Source of the DNA: Eledone cirrhosa
Lineage: Eukaryota
NCBI GenBank assembly: GCA_964016885.1
Contig: OZ024763.1
Coordinates: 29,884,001 to 29,948,000 of the forward strand
DNA length: 64,000 nucleotides
Direction: 5' to 3'
The position numbers and the translations under genes were made by a program. This document shows positions 58,699 to 64,000 of the stretch, piece after piece. The notes under the pieces were generated by a model that saw nothing but the letters and a program-made list of their open reading frames with translations, did no database searches and was not told where the DNA came from. How positions within the stretch are numbered: position 1 is the first letter of the stretch; every line of letters begins with the position of its first letter.

Positions 58699-58990
58699 GT
58701 GGAAGCACGTGGCCTATTGGTGAAGGGTGTTGGACTTACGATCATAATGTCGTGGGTTCGATTCCTGGGCTGCATGTTGTGTTTGTGAGCAAAACACTTC
58801 ATTTCACGTTGCTCCAGTATACTCAGCTGAAAATGGGTACCAGCAGTTATAGCTGGGGGTTTAACCCTGCGATGGACCGGCGTCCTGTCCAGAGGGGAGT
58901 ATTGTACTCTCAGTCGCTTCACGTCATGAAACCGGGATAAGCACCGGTCAAATGAGCCTTCTGGCTTAAGACAGACTTTAGACTTTTAGA
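58699..58990 (+). mobile_element. Full-length tRNA-derived SINE, family C
   Basis: A-box TGGCCTATTGG, B-box GTTCGATTC, CORE-like segment, V-domain-like CCCTGCGATGGACCGGCGTCCTGTCCAG, and an (AGACTTT)n tail. Confidence 0.85.
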
Positions 58991-59224
58991 CACACACATG
59001 AATATGTGCGTATACATAAATATCCAGCCTGTGAATGTGTGTATAAGACGAAATGTAAATGTAGATATGGCCTGATGATTAAGATGACCGTTTGGCTATC
59101 ATGAGAAATCTGTTTCGATCCCAATGTGGGGCATTTGGGGCAGTCCTTCTTTTATCGAAGCTCTTATCCAGTCAGATACGTTAGACATATTATCGTAAAT
59201 GTAAAAATTAGAACTTAAGTCTGT

Positions 59225-59697
59225 TTAGGTTTAGCTGGCCTACCACGAGTTTGAGTTTGTATACTATAGAAAGTTCTTGAATGTTTTAATAATAGAAGCT
59301 CCAGCGTTGTTAAGTCGTTGTTACTACAGCTCACAGCTATGTAGGATTAGCTGGCCTACTACGAGTTTGTATAGCATAGGAAGTTCTATCATAGGTGTTT
59401 TAATGATAGGAACCCCATGCTCGTTAAGTTGTTGTTACGATGGTCACAGCTATGTAGGTTTAGCTGGCCTACTACGAGTTTGTATAGCATAGGAAGTTCT
59501 AATATAGGTGTTTTAATAACATGAACCCCAAGCTTGTTATGCTGTTGGGACTACAGCTCTTACCTATGTAGGTTTACCTGGCCTACTACGAGTTTGTATA
59601 TCATGGGTGTTTTAACAACATTAACCCCAGGCTTGTTATGCTGTTGGTACTACAGCTCACACCAATGTAGTATTAGCTGGTCTCCTACGAGGTTGTA
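59225..59697. repeat. About 113-bp diverged tandem repeat, about 4.3 copies
   Basis: TAGCTGGCCTACTACGAG-like anchor near 59232, 59348, 59461, 59575 and 59674. Confidence 0.85.
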
Positions 59698-59774
59698 ATT
59701 CATGAAAGGTTTATTGAGTGTTTCAAAGATAGAGATAGCGTTAAGGTTAAGCTTGTCGTGTTGATGTTGTTAAA

Positions 59775-59992
59775 TGCGGTGGATTGAAGAATCGCTAGAG
59801 CATCGGACACCATGCTTTGCGACATAGAGATACGGACCTTTACATTCTGATTTCAAATCCCACCGAAATTTTAAATTTTCATTCTTATGGGGGTCAATAA
59901 AATATAGTACCAGTAACGTAATTGTCGTCGATTTAATCGACATTCCCTTCCGCACAAATTGTTGGCCTTGTGCCTAAAATCAGGAACCATTA
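59775..59992 (+). mobile_element. Family A SINE, diverged
   Basis: Head GCGGTGGATTGAAGAATCGCTAGAGCATCGG, core ATAAAATATAGTACCAGT, tail GGCCTTGTGCCTAAA. Confidence 0.8.
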
Positions 59993-60364
59993 TTTATATA
60001 TTTATTCATAAACTATCAAGGAATGTGATTTTCGGACATGGTAGATAGGTGGAGGTGGATCGAAGATGTCCACCTGAATCGAAAGAAAGAACGCCAAGTG
60101 GACAGAGAAATGGATTTTAAAACCAAAACAAACAAACAAAGGTATATTCAGACGAGAACTTTTGTAAGTGACCCTTGGGAAAATACTCATGGACAAAGGG
60201 CTGCCCTGTGCTTTTGTCATAGATATAATTCTTATGATTATATCTCCCCACATCCCTAACCTCCTCTAGGGGATTACGACCACATTCAACTACTTAACTC
60301 TCCCTAAGATATTTCAGCAATAATTATATATATATATATATATATACATATTTGCATACATAAC

Positions 60365-60428
<64 letters not shown>

Positions 60429-60679
60429 TTACATACATATTTATATATATATATACATATATATATTTATAAATTTACATATATCTATATAATATATGTA
60501 TATATATGTATATGTATATATATATATACATATATGATTTAATGTATGGATGTATATATATATATACGTATGTATGATTGTATGTATATATGAAATAGAT
60601 ATATATATTTATACATCGGAATATATATATACGTGCGTAAGTCTTTCTGTAAATATATATGTGTATGCATATCTGTATT

Positions 60680-60714
<35 letters not shown>

Positions 60715-60877
60715 GCAGATATCGACAATAGTGGTCCCAAAACATTTGTCATTCCTATAATCCTTATCAATATATCTCCCCAGTTAAGGGTCCTACGAAC
60801 ACATACAACTACATAACTCCCTATGAGATAGCAAGCTCTGTACGTGTGTACATATGTTTGTATGTATATATATTCAC

Positions 60878-60913
<36 letters not shown>

Positions 60914-60991
60914 AAAAACTATGTGTGCTTATAAATATATAAATATATATTTATTTTCATATATACATAAGTATATATATATATAAATGTT

Positions 60992-61081
<90 letters not shown>

Positions 61082-61180
61082 CATATATGTATATATATGT
61101 ATATACAGTATATATATGAATGTTTATATATATATATATATATTAATAAATATATATATATATATATATATATATTTATT

Positions 61181-61215
<35 letters not shown>

Positions 61216-61258
61216 TTGCATATATGTATATATATATATTTTTGCATATATGTATATC

Positions 61259-61290
<32 letters not shown>

Positions 61291-61292
61291 TG

Positions 61293-61330
<38 letters not shown>

Positions 61331-61335
61331 TGCAA

Positions 61336-61366
<31 letters not shown>

Positions 61367-61368
61367 TG

Positions 61369-61400
<32 letters not shown>

Positions 61401-61429
61401 CGTATGTATGTATGTAAGAATTTATATAC

Positions 61430-61554
<125 letters not shown>

Positions 61555-61916
61555 GACACACACACACACGTATGTACGTAAATCTTAAAGTAGCGTAGAT
61601 TCGGTTATAAAAACCCTCGTCTCTCTACTCGATATAACCTATTTAACCTATTAAGTGTGGAGCAGAGATAGCGTTCTTTGGTAAAGAATACAACAACTTC
61701 TATATTTCCATTTATGTTAGAATATAAAAGAAACGCAAGGTCTGGGAATCTCCTGGGACATCCACACCACAGGCTAAAGATATTCCCAGGCTGGCCTGAA
61801 GGAACGGACGAATGCAAGAAAGGAATTTCTTACGTTACAGGGAGTTAATGGTCTTGCTTTGTGTGTGTGTGTGTATGTGTATACATATATATATATATAT
61901 ATGTGTGTGTGTGTAT

Positions 61917-62000
<84 letters not shown>

Positions 62001-62126
62001 TTATATATGTATATATGTATATATTTATATATATATATTTATATATATGTATATATTTATATGTATATATTTATATATATATAGATATAGATATATACTT
62101 ATATATACTTATATATATACATATAT

Positions 62127-62162
<36 letters not shown>

Positions 62163-62258
62163 CAGTTATATATACATAAATATGTAGAGAAAGAGCGAGA
62201 GGGAGATAGACATACATTTTTATAGGTCTATATATATGCATATATAGATGTATATACA

Positions 62259-62319
<61 letters not shown>

Positions 62320-62321
<2 letters not shown>

Positions 62322-62707
62322 CGTTTCTGAATTTGTTTAGCAAGATTCTTTATCTGAAATCGTGTGTTGAAACCGATATTGTTATACTTTGGGAGGGTCA
62401 TGTTGCCAATAAGAAACACACGCACCAGTTGCTTTCACTTCAATTTATTATATATTTATAAATTTATAAATTTACAAATCTACAAATTTATAAATTTCTG
62501 GTTGGTTGGTTGGTTCCACAACCAGATAGTTGTTTATATATAGTCATAGTCCTTTCGTCACACACTCTGTGACCTCTTCAGTGACTGGGGATTCCTTTCT
62601 TTGTTTCTGTGCCTTTCCTTTCTTCTGTCCTACGCCATTTTGTTCTACGCCATTCTGTCCTACGCCATTTTGTTTCTGTGTATATATAAATACGTATATA
62701 TACATAA

Positions 62708-62786
<79 letters not shown>

Positions 62787-62915
62787 CGTCTAAGACCTTT
62801 GTAAATATTAACCAATGGTTTGCTGTAAGAGTTTCAAAAGACGCAGAAATTATTCAAATTTAGATGACCTTAATATACATATGTATATATATATATATAT
62901 ATATACCTGTGTGAC

Positions 62916-62956
<41 letters not shown>

Positions 62957-63323
62957 GTAGAACACTGGAAGGTAATATCCGTAGTAGTAGTGCACCCAGT
63001 AGAGAAAAGAGTCAGGACGCTAGAAAACCTGTAAAGACCACGTTATAGTAAGGAAAATGATTTTCAAACCCTTTTTAAACCATTTCCTTTGTATATATGT
63101 ATAGTTTTTGAATATATATGTGTGTATATATATATATATTGTTATACTTTGGGAGGGTCATGTTGCCAAAACAGATCTGACATGTTATTCTACTTACTGG
63201 TCTTCCTAATACCCAGAATATTTTTTGTTGATAATTTTGAAAAATAGACATTAAGCGATGGTGATAATAATGATGAATTTTATAACTAGATAGCCTTCTT
63301 ATATCCATCACAAATTCAGAAAC

Positions 63324-63326
<3 letters not shown>
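62320..63326. mobile_element. About 1-kb segment with 17-bp terminal inverted repeats inside (TA)n (family D, MITE-like)
   Basis: TTCGTTTCTGAATTTGT (62320-62336) and ACAAATTCAGAAACGAA (63310-63326); two internal copies of TTGTTATACTTTGGGAGGGTCATGTTGCCAA. Confidence 0.55.
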
Positions 63327-63387
<61 letters not shown>

Positions 63388-63391
63388 CATT

Positions 63392-63450
63392 TAGTCCAGA
63401 ATTAGCCGTCGAAACGGCTTGAGCTCAGCTGTCGGGGTCTTACTGGTTCC

Positions 63451-63489
<39 letters not shown>

Positions 63490-63616
63490 CTGTCGAAACG
63501 GCTGGAGCTCAGTTGTCGGGGTCCCGTCTCTTTTCCTATTATCCACTCTACTACCCTAAGTATTGAGTACTATGGTGTGTTATGGTCCACCTGGTTCCTT
63601 AGCACACTTCCTTCGT

Positions 63617-63617
<1 letters not shown>
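63392..63617 (+). mobile_element. Two tandem family B HHR 3'-halves separated by (TA)n(GA)n
   Basis: GTCGAAACGGCTTGAGCTCAGCTGTCGGGGTC (about 63408) and GTCGAAACGGCTGGAGCTCAGTTGTCGGGGTC (about 63492), plus the family tail. Confidence 0.75.
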
Positions 63618-63653
<36 letters not shown>

Positions 63654-63686
63654 TTGTATGTATATATATATATATGTGTGTATCTG

Positions 63687-63793
<107 letters not shown>

Positions 63794-63818
63794 ATCTGTA
63801 TATATATATGTGTGTCTG

Positions 63819-63877
<59 letters not shown>

Positions 63878-63954
63878 TTGTATATATATATATATTTATA
63901 CATATATATATATATACACATATATATATATATACACATATATATGAATAAATT

Positions 63955-63984
63955 TAGGATCCCGACGGCTGAGCTCGGGCCGTT
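63955..63984 (-). mobile_element. Family B HHR stem-III fragment
   Basis: Plus strand GGATCCCGACGGCTGAGCTCGGGCCGTT matches the reverse complement of family B stem III. Confidence 0.55.
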
Positions 63985-64000
63985 GTCATATTATCCACCC

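Overview
This is extremely AT- and microsatellite-rich animal genomic DNA, intergenic or intronic. The SINE families and (TA)n density point to an octopus or other coleoid cephalopod (inference). I find no credible host protein-coding gene: nearly all listed ORFs are translations of (TA)n, (CA)n, (CT)n, (CAC)n or (GGT)n repeats. The only real coding traces are LINE remnants (L1/Tx1-like ORF2 C-termini at about 44.76-45.52 kb and 56.69-56.90 kb, and an RTE-like C-terminus at 26.55-26.71 kb). The main result is an RNA-level system. A head-to-tail array of about 5.5 apparently identical 310-bp units (40201-41899) is embedded in (TA)n. It holds five complete type-I hammerhead ribozymes (HHR) with a palindromic stem-III tetraloop and a long extended stem I, which is the architecture of a non-LTR retrozyme / Penelope-type circular-RNA element. 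Two further solitary HHRs with intact cores (51247-51289 and 53174-53253, both minus strand) and more than a dozen truncated, degenerate or fold-back HHR relics are scattered through the window, mostly within or next to (TA)n tracts. Also present are a SINE-derived 141-bp tandem array, an in-frame 120-bp amplification in a LINE ORF2 end, an inverted SINE pair forming a ~109-bp hairpin, and several other palindromes. All structures were read by eye; nothing was computed.
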